This document shows positions 30,843 through 40,273 of a stretch of DNA of 64,000 bases, in pieces. The notes beneath the pieces were generated by a model. The model did no database searches, was not told the DNA's origin, and was given only the letters and a program-made list of their open reading frames with translations. The DNA is taken from the NCBI GenBank assembly GCA_039589615.1, contig JBDHHA010000036.1:421-64420 (forward strand), in the 5' to 3' direction. Origin of the DNA: Gemmatimonadota bacterium. GTDB taxonomy: Bacteria > Gemmatimonadota > Gemmatimonadetes > Gemmatimonadales > GWC2-71-9. The stretch's first letter is position 1, and each line of letters begins with the position of its first letter. The translations under genes were made by a program, and so were the position numbers.

Positions 30843-32591
30843 ATGCGGACGCACCTGTGCGGGGCGCTCCGGGCGGAGCATGTAGACGAGCAGGTTCGCC
30901 TCGGCGGCTGGGTACATCGCCGGCGCGACCTCGGCGGCATTGTGTTCTTCGACCTTCGCGATCGGGAAGGGATCGTGCAGGTGGCGTTCAATCCGGACTG
31001 GTGTGCGGCCGACGTCATCGACCGAGCCCAGACCGTGGGGGCGGAGACCGTCGTCTTGGTCGAGGGGACGGTCGTCGCCCGGCCCGAGGACGCCCGGAAT
31101 CCGGAGATGGCCACTGGGGCCGTTGAGGTGCACGGCACGGACTTTCGGGTCGTGGGCCGCGCGGAGACTCCCCCCATTCCGGTGTGGCGCACGAAGGGTG
31201 AGGATCTTCCGTCGGAAGAGCGGAGACTGGAGCACCGCTATCTGGATCTGCGTCGGCCCGAATTGCACCGCAACCTGGCGTTGCGGCACCGACTGCTGCA
31301 GCGAGCCAGGCGCACCATGTCCGACTTGGGTTTCTACGAGGTGGAAACCCCGATTCTCACCCGGCCCACGCCGGAGGGTGCCCGGGATTACCTCGTGCCG
31401 TCACGGGTGCACACCGGGCAATTCTACGCGCTACCCCAGTCGCCGCAGATCTACAAACAGGTACTCATGGCCGCCGGCGTGGACCGATACTTCCAGCTCG
31501 CTCGGTGCTTCCGCGACGAAGACCTGCGAGCGGATCGTCAGCCGGAATTCACCCAGATCGATTTGGAGGCGTCGTTCGTGACCCCGGATGACGTCTACGG
31601 TGTCGTGGAATCCGTGCTGGTGTCGCTGTGGGACGAGGAGGGAGAGACCGTGGGGTCACCGTTCCGGAGGATGTCCTTTGCGGACGCGATGGAACAGTAC
31701 GGCACCGACAAGCCGGACCTACGCTTCGGCTACCTGATCGAAGACTTGAGCGCTTTCGTCCGCGGACGGGGGTTTCAGGCCTTCGACAACGCGCTGCAGG
31801 AAGGTGGGCGAGTTCGCGGCATCCGGGTTTCAGAGGGGGCAGTACTCTCCCGCAAGGTGCTTGATGCCTTGACCGAGGCCGTGAAGGGAGCGGGGGCAGG
31901 GGGCCTGGCCACGCTCAAACGGAAGGGGGACGATCTCAGCGGCCCCTTGACCCGACTGGACGGGATGACCGTCGAGACATCGGGCCTCGAGGACGGAGAC
32001 CTACTCCTCGCCACGGCCGGCCCCGACAGCGTGACGTCGGCGGCGCTCGACCGTGTGCGCCTCGATCTCATTCGCCGCTTGGAGCCGAATCCGACGGAAG
32101 CCCACGCGTTCGTCTGGATCGAGGGCTTTCCGTTGTTCGAGCAAGACGACGCGGGAAATCTGGAACCGGCCCACCATCCCTTCACATCCCCCCACGGGGA
32201 TGACATCGCCCGGTTCCTGGAGGGCGACCTCGAGGGTGTTCGGGCGCTGCACTACGATGCCGTCTACAATGGCAACGAGTTGGGGAGCGGCTCGATCCGG
32301 ATCAGTGATCCCGACTTGCAGATCCGCGTGCTGGAAGCGTGGGGTGTCTCTCCTGAGGATGCCGAGCGGCGGTTCGGCTTCTTGCTGCGTGCGCTCCGGG
32401 GCGGGGTACCCCCCCACGGCGGCTTCGCCTTGGGATTCGACCGCATCGTGATGCTCCTCGCCGGCACCGACAATCTCCGCGACGTGATTGCCTTCCCGAA
32501 GACCACGGCCGCCCGGGCGTTGTTCGAAGACACGCCGGCGGACGTGCCGCAAAGCGATCTGGACGATCTGCACATTCGGACGGTGCCGTGA
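30843..32591 (+). CDS. aspS: aspartate--tRNA ligase
   Basis: MRTHLCGALR...GWVHRRRDLGG (OB fold). Class II motifs FYALPQSPQ, FRDEDLRADRQPEFTQ and GGFALGFDR. Confidence 0.95.
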   Translation: MRTHLCGALRAEHVDEQVRLGGWVHRRRDLGGIVFFDLRDREGIVQVAFNPDWCAADVIDRAQTVGAETVVLVEGTVVARPEDARNPEMATGAVEVHGTDFRVVGRAETPPIPVWRTKGEDLPSEERRLEHRYLDLRRPELHRNLALRHRLLQRARRTMSDLGFYEVETPILTRPTPEGARDYLVPSRVHTGQFYALPQSPQIYKQVLMAAGVDRYFQLARCFRDEDLRADRQPEFTQIDLEASFVTPDDVYGVVESVLVSLWDEEGETVGSPFRRMSFADAMEQYGTDKPDLRFGYLIEDLSAFVRGRGFQAFDNALQEGGRVRGIRVSEGAVLSRKVLDALTEAVKGAGAGGLATLKRKGDDLSGPLTRLDGMTVETSGLEDGDLLLATAGPDSVTSAALDRVRLDLIRRLEPNPTEAHAFVWIEGFPLFEQDDAGNLEPAHHPFTSPHGDDIARFLEGDLEGVRALHYDAVYNGNELGSGSIRISDPDLQIRVLEAWGVSPEDAERRFGFLLRALRGGVPPHGGFALGFDRIVMLLAGTDNLRDVIAFPKTTAARALFEDTPADVPQSDLDDLHIRTVP

Positions 32592-33547
32592 ACGAGCCGG
32601 TGACCCATCGTGTGTCGGCCGAGGGCGCCGATCCCCTCACGCTCGTGGGTGTGAACGACGCGAACCTGGTAGCCTTGGAGCGGGCGACCGGCGTCCGGGC
32701 GATGCTCCGGGGTGACCAGATGACCCTCGCCGGCGACATCGACGCCGTGGAGCGTGCGACGAAGATCGTCTCCGCCATGATCGACGTGGCACGGATGGAT
32801 CAGACGTTGACCCCGGATGACGTGGACCGCCTCGCCGCGAATGGCGACGAGCAGCTCGAGGGTTGGACCGATGGCACGGAATCTCTGAAGATCGCGTTGC
32901 CGGGGGTGCGGCGTCCCGTTCAACCGAAGACCCCGGGTCAATCCGATTTCATTCGTGCCATGCGCGAGAGCGACATCGTCGTCGGCATCGGTCCCGCCGG
33001 AACGGGCAAGACCTATTTGGCCGTGGCCATCGGGGTGGAGGCTCTGACGCGCAAGCAGGTACGGCGCCTGGTCCTGGCCCGACCGGCGGTCGAGGCCGGA
33101 GAGCGGTTGGGATTCCTCCCAGGGGACCTTCAGGCGAAAATCGATCCGTATCTGCGGCCCCTGTACGACGCCCTGGAAGAGATGATGCCGTACGACCGGG
33201 TGCAGCGGGCCATCGAACAGCGGACGATCGAGATCGCTCCGTTGGGGTACATGCGCGGCAGGACGTTGTCCGACGCGTTCGTGATCCTGGACGAAGCACA
33301 GAACGTGACCGGCGGGCAGATGAAGATGTTCCTGACGCGGCTCGGGTTGAATTCCCGGGCCGTCGTCATCGGGGACAAGACGCAGATCGATCTCGATGAG
33401 CGGGAGGAATCCGGACTGAAGCAGATCGAGCGGATCCTTCCCGGCATCGACGGCGTGTCATTCTGTTATCTCGAGGAAGGCGACGTGGTGCGGCACCGGC
33501 TGGTGCGAGAGATCCTCCGCGCTTACGTCGAAGACCAGAGTCCATGA
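32588..33547 (+). CDS. phoH: PhoH-family ATPase
   Basis: Walker A GPAGTGKTYLAV. Contains FVILDEAQN and DVVRHRLV. GTGA overlap with aspS. Confidence 0.93.
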   Translation: MNEPVTHRVSAEGADPLTLVGVNDANLVALERATGVRAMLRGDQMTLAGDIDAVERATKIVSAMIDVARMDQTLTPDDVDRLAANGDEQLEGWTDGTESLKIALPGVRRPVQPKTPGQSDFIRAMRESDIVVGIGPAGTGKTYLAVAIGVEALTRKQVRRLVLARPAVEAGERLGFLPGDLQAKIDPYLRPLYDALEEMMPYDRVQRAIEQRTIEIAPLGYMRGRTLSDAFVILDEAQNVTGGQMKMFLTRLGLNSRAVVIGDKTQIDLDEREESGLKQIERILPGIDGVSFCYLEEGDVVRHRLVREILRAYVEDQSP

Positions 33548-35754
33548 ACACGTCCAGTCCTTCGAACGACCGGCAGTCTGGAGCGTGGGAGCGCTTCCGG
33601 CAGACCAAGTATGCCCATCACGGAGCGCGTTGGCTTCCCCTGATCGGGTTGGCGCTGTTGACGTATGTGCTGTTCCCCGTGGCGGGAAGTCTTGCGGTGG
33701 ACGTGCCGGAGGTGGGCGAGGTGTCGACGGAAGAGGTTGTAGCGCCGTTCGACTTCGATGTGCCAAAGTCGGAGGCCGAGCGGCAGGAGGAGGCCGATGA
33801 TGTCGCAGCGCAGGTCTTACCCCTCTACGATTATCAGGAGGGCGTGGCGGACTCCATCGCTGATCACATCACCCAAGTGTTCGCGTCGCTCGACAGCGCC
33901 GATGCCGAACGGTCCGTGTTCGAAATTGCCCGAGCGGCCGGCCTGCCGCTCACGCCCGAAGAAGCGACCTACTTCGAGAACGTCCAGGTCCGGAGGGCGT
34001 TCGGTCGCTCCCTGGGACGAATGGTCACCACGTACCTGGCGCGCGGCGTGGCCCTCACCGAGACCATCGGGAGCGAGACACATGCTGAGGTCTTCCTCCG
34101 TCGCGGCGGAGACACTACGCGGATGGCCCTGGACGACATCACGACGCGAACCCAGTACCTGGCGCGGCAAACGGCGGAGAATCCGTATCCCAATTCTGCC
34201 GAGGCCCAGGTGTTGTTCGTCAAGCTGCTGAATACCTTCTTCGAGCCCACAGTCGTGCCCAATGTGGCGGCTACCGAAGAGTCCCGGGATCGGGCGCGGG
34301 CTTCGGTGAATCCCCTGAAGGACGAAGTCCGGGCCAACGAACGCATCATCAACAGCAACGAGATCGTCACCGCCGTGGCGCGGGATCGGCTGCTCGCGCT
34401 GCAGCAGGAATTGGTGAATCGGGGAGATCTGGATGCCGCCAGCATAGGTCGCATCCTAGGACACGTGCTCACCAATGCCCTCGTGGTTGCCGTGTTCTGG
34501 CTATTGCTGCTGCTGTACCTGCCGAACGTCTACAGTGAACTGCGTCACATGCACGTGTTCTCCGCGCTGTTCGCGTTGGTCATTCTGGCCGCGGCGGCGA
34601 ACCACCGGTTCATTCACACCGGCCCAGAGCTGATTCCGATTCCGTTTGCGGCGTTGGTGATGACTGTGTTGTTCAATGGCCGCATCGCCATGGTGGGCGC
34701 CATGGTCCTGGCTGTGCTCCTCGGCTTCCAGGCCGATTACGGAGGATCGGACGCCTTCTACATCGCGTTGTTGGCGGGCGTGACAGCCGCCCTCAGCGTG
34801 CGCACCATCAGCCGGCGAACGGAGGTGCTCTCCTCCACGGCGTTGGTGGTGATCGCCTTTGCCGTGGCGGCACTCACCGTAGGGCTGCGCGACGGATGGT
34901 CCGCGCAGGAGGTCGGGTTCAGCGTCGTGCGGGGTGCCAGCAATGCCACCGTGTCGGCGGCGCTCGTGTTCATGGCTTTGCCCATCTTCGAACGCTGGGC
35001 ACACGTCACGACGGATCTCACACTTCTCGAACTCTCGGATCCCAACCGGCCGCTCCTCCGTCGCCTGGCCACGGAGGTTCCGGGCACGTACGCGCACAGC
35101 GTGGCCATGGCCAACCTGAGCGAGCGCGCCTGTGATGCCATCGGAGCAGACGGACTCTTGGCCCGCGTAGGGTGCTACTACCACGACGTGGGCAAGCTGC
35201 AGAAGCCGCTCCACTTCGTGGAGAACCAGGGGGTGGGGGGGAACCCCCACGACCGGCTGCCACCAGATGCCTCCGCAACCATCATTCGAAACCACGTAAT
35301 CGAAGGCCTGGCCCTCGCGGACGAACACGGTCTGCCGCCGGCGCTCAAAGCGTTTATTCCCGAACACCACGGCACGGCCGAGATCACCTACTTCCTGGAG
35401 CGGGCGCGACAGGAGGGCGAGGTGGCCGAAGAATCGCTCTACCTCTACCAATACCCCGGTCCCAAACCCCAGTCGGCGGAGACGGCGGTATGCATGCTGG
35501 CCGACGGCGTGGAAGCGGGCCTCCGCGTGCTCGACGAACCGACTCCGCGCAAGCTCCGAGCGGCGATCGAGCACGTGGTCAACCAGCGGGTCGGGGCCGG
35601 GCAGTTGGACGAGACTCCTCTGACGTTTGCGCAGATCGACACGGTCAAGGATTCGTTCGTCCACACCTTGGCTGGGATGTATCACAACCGGCTCGACTAT
35701 CCGGAGGAGGCAGGTGGGATCACGGCGGACTGGGACGGGAAATCCGACACCTGA
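33544..35754 (+). CDS. pgpH: 7TM-HD (HDIG) membrane phosphohydrolase, PgpH/YqfF-like
   Basis: Extracellular N-terminal domain, then 7 TM helices, then the HD domain HSVAMANL...YYHDVGKL...EHHGT. ATGA overlap with phoH. Confidence 0.9.
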   Translation: MNTSSPSNDRQSGAWERFRQTKYAHHGARWLPLIGLALLTYVLFPVAGSLAVDVPEVGEVSTEEVVAPFDFDVPKSEAERQEEADDVAAQVLPLYDYQEGVADSIADHITQVFASLDSADAERSVFEIARAAGLPLTPEEATYFENVQVRRAFGRSLGRMVTTYLARGVALTETIGSETHAEVFLRRGGDTTRMALDDITTRTQYLARQTAENPYPNSAEAQVLFVKLLNTFFEPTVVPNVAATEESRDRARASVNPLKDEVRANERIINSNEIVTAVARDRLLALQQELVNRGDLDAASIGRILGHVLTNALVVAVFWLLLLLYLPNVYSELRHMHVFSALFALVILAAAANHRFIHTGPELIPIPFAALVMTVLFNGRIAMVGAMVLAVLLGFQADYGGSDAFYIALLAGVTAALSVRTISRRTEVLSSTALVVIAFAVAALTVGLRDGWSAQEVGFSVVRGASNATVSAALVFMALPIFERWAHVTTDLTLLELSDPNRPLLRRLATEVPGTYAHSVAMANLSERACDAIGADGLLARVGCYYHDVGKLQKPLHFVENQGVGGNPHDRLPPDASATIIRNHVIEGLALADEHGLPPALKAFIPEHHGTAEITYFLERARQEGEVAEESLYLYQYPGPKPQSAETAVCMLADGVEAGLRVLDEPTPRKLRAAIEHVVNQRVGAGQLDETPLTFAQIDTVKDSFVHTLAGMYHNRLDYPEEAGGITADWDGKSDT

Positions 35755-35755
35755 C

Positions 35756-36181
35756 GTGCGTGTTTCGTTTGCAGGAGAGCGTCGGGCACTGTCGGTGCCG
35801 ACGGTGCGACGCGTTGTGACCGCCGTCCTTGACGGCCAAGACGTGACCCGCGCCACCGTCACGGTGACGTTCATGTCGCCTGCTCGGATGCGATCCCTCA
35901 ACCGGCGCACTTTCGGTCGCGACCGTCCCACCGACGTGATTGCGTTCTCGCTGCCGCACGCCGACGAGTTGGTAGGAGACGTATACGTCTGTCCTACTGT
36001 CGCCCGCCGCTCGGCCCGTCGCTTCGAGATCTCCCCACGTGAGGAGTTGCTGCGCCTCGTGATTCACGGAATCCTCCACGTTCTCGGTCACGATCATCCG
36101 GACGGGGCATCGCGTGTACAGTCGCCCATGTGGAAGTTGCAGGAGCGGTACGTCACCGCGCTGACGGGCGGGAGTTCGTGA
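35756..36181 (+). CDS. ybeY: rRNA maturation endoribonuclease YbeY
   Basis: HGILHVLGHDH zinc motif. The GTG start lies 1 nt after the pgpH stop. Confidence 0.9.
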   Translation: MRVSFAGERRALSVPTVRRVVTAVLDGQDVTRATVTVTFMSPARMRSLNRRTFGRDRPTDVIAFSLPHADELVGDVYVCPTVARRSARRFEISPREELLRLVIHGILHVLGHDHPDGASRVQSPMWKLQERYVTALTGGSS

Positions 36182-37386
36182 CGTCCATCCCGCTGAGCGC
36201 AGTCAGCGTCGTCACCGCGTTGGTGGCGGCGGCATGGGCGGCCCTCTTGGGGTTGGCCGAGGAATCACCCAAGGTGGCCCGCGCCCTCGTCGATGCGGCA
36301 CCGGAGAGCAAGGACCAAACCACCCGTTATCGCGTGATTCACCTGAGTCGTATGGCCCTGCTGTTCATTGCCGGCGTTGCGGGGGCTCATGCCATCGAGT
36401 GGTGGGAACGTGACCTCGTCGTCGGCCTGGGCGTGGCTGCGGTGTCGGTGGGATTCCTCTACATGATCGCCGAAGCCCTCCCGCGGGCAGTGGGAGTGCT
36501 CGCGCCCGACGTGGCCGCCGCTGCGGCACCCACCGCAGAGCGTACGGCACAGGTGTTCCGCCCGCTGTTGGCGATCGTGACATCGGTGGAGCGGGGCGTG
36601 CGAGCCGTGTTGCCGGGCAGGCGGTCCGCCGACAATGGTTTTGGATCCGCGCAGCGAGATCTCGTCATGGGCGTGTTCTCGCTTGGTGAGACGACGGTGG
36701 AGGAGATCATGACGCCACGGCTGGACATCGTCTCGGTGGACGACCGGGACGAGTGGCGTGACGTTGTTGACGTCGTGCGGCGGAGCGAGCACGCGCGAAT
36801 CGTCGTCTACACCGACACACTGGACAACGTGTCGGGCATTCTCTACGCCAAAGACCTGGTTTCTGCGGTAGGCGGCATGACCTCGGTCCCGGAACGGTGG
36901 CAGGATCTCGTACGCCCCGCCCAGTTTGTTCCCGAGTCCAAGCCCCTCACCACCCAGCTGCGCGACTTTCAGCGCGGACCCGCCCACATCGTCGTCGTCG
37001 TGGATGAGTTCGGCGGTACCGCAGGGTTGGTGACCCTCGAGGACATCCTCGAGGAAGTCGTGGGCGAGATCCATGGCGAGTACGACGTGGACGAGGGGCC
37101 CGCCATCGAGCGCGAAGGTCAGGACAAGTTCTGGGTCGACGGCGGCGTCACGCTGGACGAGTTGAGCGCACTCCTCGAGACCGATCTGGAACAGGACGAC
37201 GTCAGCACCGTCGGTGGTCTGGTCTATGCCGAGTTGGGCCGAGTTCCGAATCCCGGAGACGAATTTCGCATGGGAGAATTCCGTGTTGTCGTCGAGCGCA
37301 TCGTCCGGCACCGGGTCCGGAGGGTGTACTTCGAGCGTCTCGGCCAGCCGGAGCCCGATCCCAGCGACAAGGGGAGCCCAGCGTGA
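36178..37386 (+). CDS. CNNM/TlyC-family (DUF21-CBS-CorC_HlyC) protein, copy 1
   Basis: TM N-terminal region. CBS pair (VEEIMTPRLDIVSV...ILYAKDL). CorC_HlyC tail (TVGGLVYAELGRVPNPGDEF). GTGA overlap with ybeY. Confidence 0.85.
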   Translation: MTSIPLSAVSVVTALVAAAWAALLGLAEESPKVARALVDAAPESKDQTTRYRVIHLSRMALLFIAGVAGAHAIEWWERDLVVGLGVAAVSVGFLYMIAEALPRAVGVLAPDVAAAAAPTAERTAQVFRPLLAIVTSVERGVRAVLPGRRSADNGFGSAQRDLVMGVFSLGETTVEEIMTPRLDIVSVDDRDEWRDVVDVVRRSEHARIVVYTDTLDNVSGILYAKDLVSAVGGMTSVPERWQDLVRPAQFVPESKPLTTQLRDFQRGPAHIVVVVDEFGGTAGLVTLEDILEEVVGEIHGEYDVDEGPAIEREGQDKFWVDGGVTLDELSALLETDLEQDDVSTVGGLVYAELGRVPNPGDEFRMGEFRVVVERIVRHRVRRVYFERLGQPEPDPSDKGSPA

Positions 37387-38573
37387 TCGCCTGGACCTTG
37401 CTCCTGGGCGGTCTGGTCGTGGCCGCTTTCGGCACCACGGTGGCCGTGGGCGCCGCTGCCGTCGGCCGGCTCCAACTCATGCGGTGGATCTCGCGGCACC
37501 TGCGCGGGGCGGCGGTCGCCAGTACGCTGTTGGCGCGACCCGGACGCCTCCTTCGCGTGGCGACGGCGGTGGGAACCATCGGCGTGCTCACCACGGGTGT
37601 GGGACTCGCGGCGTTCATGCCGAGCGCCACGGTTCCGCTGACTGCCGTGCTGATCTTCGTCGGCGCGGTTCCCGTGGTGTCCCTGTTGGCCTACGGAATA
37701 CCACGGGCCGTCGGACAGCGGTGGTGTGAAGCCGTGGTCCGGCGTGCGGGCCCGTGGATGGAGCGCATGGCGTGGCTACTGCGGCCTGTCTTGCCCGGAT
37801 CGGGCAGCACCCGGGGCACGGCGTTGGCCGAGGTGTTGCGGGCGGGAAGTGCGGAGGACCTCCTGGAGCCCGGTGAGGTGAGCGTGATCTCCGGGGTACT
37901 CGATTTCACTCGGCGGCCGGTGCGGGACGTGATGACGCCCCGGACCGAGGTCGTGGCACTGCACGAAGGCGCGTCACTCGAGGAGGTGGGGAGGACCTTT
38001 GCCGAGTCGGGATACTCGCGGTTGCCGATCTACCGCGATTCGCTGGACAACATCACCGGGATGATCTACGCGTTCGACGTCCTCAAGATCGCCCCCGCCA
38101 GCGAGCTCCCGATCCGGCCTGTCACGGTCACACCGGGGTCCAAGCCCTGCGCCGAGGTGCTGCTGGCGCTCCAACGGGAGCGCCGCCAGCTGGCGGTCGT
38201 GCTGGATGAGTTCGGCGGCACCGACGGCATCGCCAGCATCGAGGACCTTCTCGAGCTGTTGGTGGGTGACATCTTCGAGGAGCCGGAACGGCCTGATACA
38301 GGGGAAACGACCGAGTCTATCCTGGAATTGGACGGCGCTGCATCGAGCAATGAGGTGACCAACCGGTTTGGCGTAGTGCTGCCCGGCGACTCGGAGACCA
38401 TCGGCGGGTTTCTCGCCAAGGCGGCGGGGAGGATTCCGCATCCCGGGGATAGGTTTACCTTGAACGGACTCGAATTCGACGTCCTCGCAGCGTCACCGAC
38501 GCGAATCGAACGGATCGCCGTGAGGCGCGGGCCCGTAATGCCGGTTGCTCTGGAAGGCAGCTCCCCGGAGTAG
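37383..38573 (+). CDS. CNNM/TlyC-family (DUF21-CBS-CorC_HlyC) protein, copy 2
   Basis: Same architecture as copy 1 (VRDVMTPRTEVVAL...MIYAFDVL...TIGGFLAKAAGRIPHPGDRF). GTGA overlap with copy 1. Confidence 0.85.
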   Translation: MIAWTLLLGGLVVAAFGTTVAVGAAAVGRLQLMRWISRHLRGAAVASTLLARPGRLLRVATAVGTIGVLTTGVGLAAFMPSATVPLTAVLIFVGAVPVVSLLAYGIPRAVGQRWCEAVVRRAGPWMERMAWLLRPVLPGSGSTRGTALAEVLRAGSAEDLLEPGEVSVISGVLDFTRRPVRDVMTPRTEVVALHEGASLEEVGRTFAESGYSRLPIYRDSLDNITGMIYAFDVLKIAPASELPIRPVTVTPGSKPCAEVLLALQRERRQLAVVLDEFGGTDGIASIEDLLELLVGDIFEEPERPDTGETTESILELDGAASSNEVTNRFGVVLPGDSETIGGFLAKAAGRIPHPGDRFTLNGLEFDVLAASPTRIERIAVRRGPVMPVALEGSSPE

Positions 38574-38637
38574 CCCGCCGTTCTGCTGGAAAGACCTGCT
38601 CCTCTAAGAACGCCAACCCTTCCTCCACAATTCGCGA

Positions 38638-39996
38638 ATGCCTGAATCAGTGCAACTGGTGGAAGAGCTGACACGTCTCGCCAAATCGGGGGACATCGCG
38701 GCGTTCCGCGCGAAGGCCGAGCAGGTCCATCCCTCCGACCTGTCCGACGCGTTCGCGGCCCTCGACGACGATCTTCGGGTAGGGCTCATCGAACGACTCC
38801 CTCCCGAGTTGGTCTCCGAAGCACTCGCGGAGATGGAGCCGGAAGAAGGGCCGGCCGAGGTCCTGGAAGCGCTCACCGACGAGCGCGCGGCCGACATCGT
38901 AGAGGAAATGGGCGTCGACGATGCGGCCGACGTCATCGCGGAGCTTCCGCCCGATCGTGCGGACACGATCCTGAAGCTGGTCGAGGACCGGGAGGAGATC
39001 GAAGACCTCCTCCAGTACGACGAGGATTCGGCCGGCGGCATCATGACATCGGAGGTCGTCTCGGTAGGGCAGGGGGCGACGGCGGCTGAGGCCATCGATG
39101 AGATTCGACGACAGAGCGAAGAGGTTGAGGATTTCTATCAAGTGTACTGCGTAGACGACGCCAAACGCCTCGTCGGGGTTCTCCCGCTGCGCCGTCTCGT
39201 GTGCATTCCGCCCGACGCGCCGGTGACCACCGTCATGGAACCCACCCCCGCGGTGGCCACCCCCGACCTCGACCAGGAGGAGGTGGCCCGGCTGATGTCG
39301 CGCTACAACGTGGCCGCCGTCCCCATCGTGGAGGAAGGCGGTCGCTTGATCGGGCGCGTCACGTTCGACGACGTGATCGACGTGGTGGAGGCCGAGCAGA
39401 CGGAGGACCTCCTGAAGTTCGGTGGCGCGTCGGGCGACGAGCAACTCGGGGGCGGATGGTTCAGCGCCGTCCGCAAGCGGTTGCCGTGGTTGTTGAGCCA
39501 CCTGCTGACGATCTCGTTGTCGGCCGTCGTCATTTTCCTCTTCAAGGACACCATCGGCGCGGTGCTCGTCCTGGCCGCCCTCGGCCCCGTCATCGCCGGG
39601 ATGGGTGGCAGCGCCGGCACCCAGGCGCTGGCCGTCACGGTCCGTCGGGTCGCCCTCGGTCAGATCCCGCGGGAACAGGCGAGAAAGGTGGTGGGGAAGG
39701 AGATGCTGGTCGGGTTGGTGAATGGGCTGGCCATAGGGCTGGTGATCGGTGTGGCAGCGACCGTGTTGGGTGGGACGATCGATCTGGGTGTGGAGGGATG
39801 GACGCTGGGCATGGTGGTCCTCCTCGCCATGTGGGGGAACGTGATGGTGGCCGGTGTGGCGGGAGCCTCGATTCCCCTCGGACTGGACAAGCTGGGCCTG
39901 GACCCCGCGGTGGCGAGCTCGGGCTTCGTCACCGCCTTCACCGACATCTTCGGATACTTCCTCATCTTGGGACTGGCCTCCACGCTGATCCTCTGA
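38638..39996 (+). CDS. mgtE: magnesium transporter MgtE
   Basis: MgtE_N (HPSDLSDAFAAL), CBS pair and a 5-TM C-terminal domain (GMGGSAGTQALAVTVR). Confidence 0.93.
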   Translation: MPESVQLVEELTRLAKSGDIAAFRAKAEQVHPSDLSDAFAALDDDLRVGLIERLPPELVSEALAEMEPEEGPAEVLEALTDERAADIVEEMGVDDAADVIAELPPDRADTILKLVEDREEIEDLLQYDEDSAGGIMTSEVVSVGQGATAAEAIDEIRRQSEEVEDFYQVYCVDDAKRLVGVLPLRRLVCIPPDAPVTTVMEPTPAVATPDLDQEEVARLMSRYNVAAVPIVEEGGRLIGRVTFDDVIDVVEAEQTEDLLKFGGASGDEQLGGGWFSAVRKRLPWLLSHLLTISLSAVVIFLFKDTIGAVLVLAALGPVIAGMGGSAGTQALAVTVRRVALGQIPREQARKVVGKEMLVGLVNGLAIGLVIGVAATVLGGTIDLGVEGWTLGMVVLLAMWGNVMVAGVAGASIPLGLDKLGLDPAVASSGFVTAFTDIFGYFLILGLASTLIL

Positions 39997-40029
39997 GGGC
40001 TCCGCCTCTCGATGGTTGTCAGGGGGCTC

Positions 40030-40128
40030 CCTGGCGAGTTCGACCGCCCGTCTCCCCACCTATCGCCGCCTGGCGAGTTCGACAGCCCTACTCCCCACCC
40101 GGCGAGTTCGACCACCCCACTCACCCCC
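40030..40128. repeat. three tandem ~30-bp direct repeats (CC(T)GGCGAGTTCGAC-N~12-CCCCAC)
   Basis: Copies start at 40030, 40069 and 40099. The core GGCGAGTTCGAC is identical in all three. An 8-bp insertion follows copy 1. The repeats are intergenic, between mgtE and the DUF4139 gene. Confidence 0.8.
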
Positions 40129-40273
40129 TCTTGCCCTCGGGGTCCAGAATCGGCCTGTGCGGGGTTGCTTCTGGTGGGATGTGCAAATCCCCTGTCCAGG
40201 AACGTCCTCCCTATGAACGCCGGTGATCTCCAATCCGGCCCATCAATGGAGCGTTAAAGTGCTATATACCAAT

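Noticed and set aside
34501-35931. 476-aa minus-strand ORF antisense to pgpH and ybeY.
   Set aside because: Shadow ORF. The plus strand encodes unmistakable HDIG and YbeY motifs.
38574-38637. Mg2+ (M-box) riboswitch upstream of mgtE.
   Set aside because: The spacer is only 64 nt, far shorter than an M-box aptamer, and no conserved M-box segments are visible.
38647-40059. 470-aa minus-strand ORF antisense to mgtE.
   Set aside because: Shadow ORF. The plus strand encodes a complete MgtE.
40030-40128. The triple repeat as a CRISPR array.
   Set aside because: There are only three imperfect units with essentially no unique spacers between them, and no cas genes. The units degenerate progressively, as tandem duplications do.
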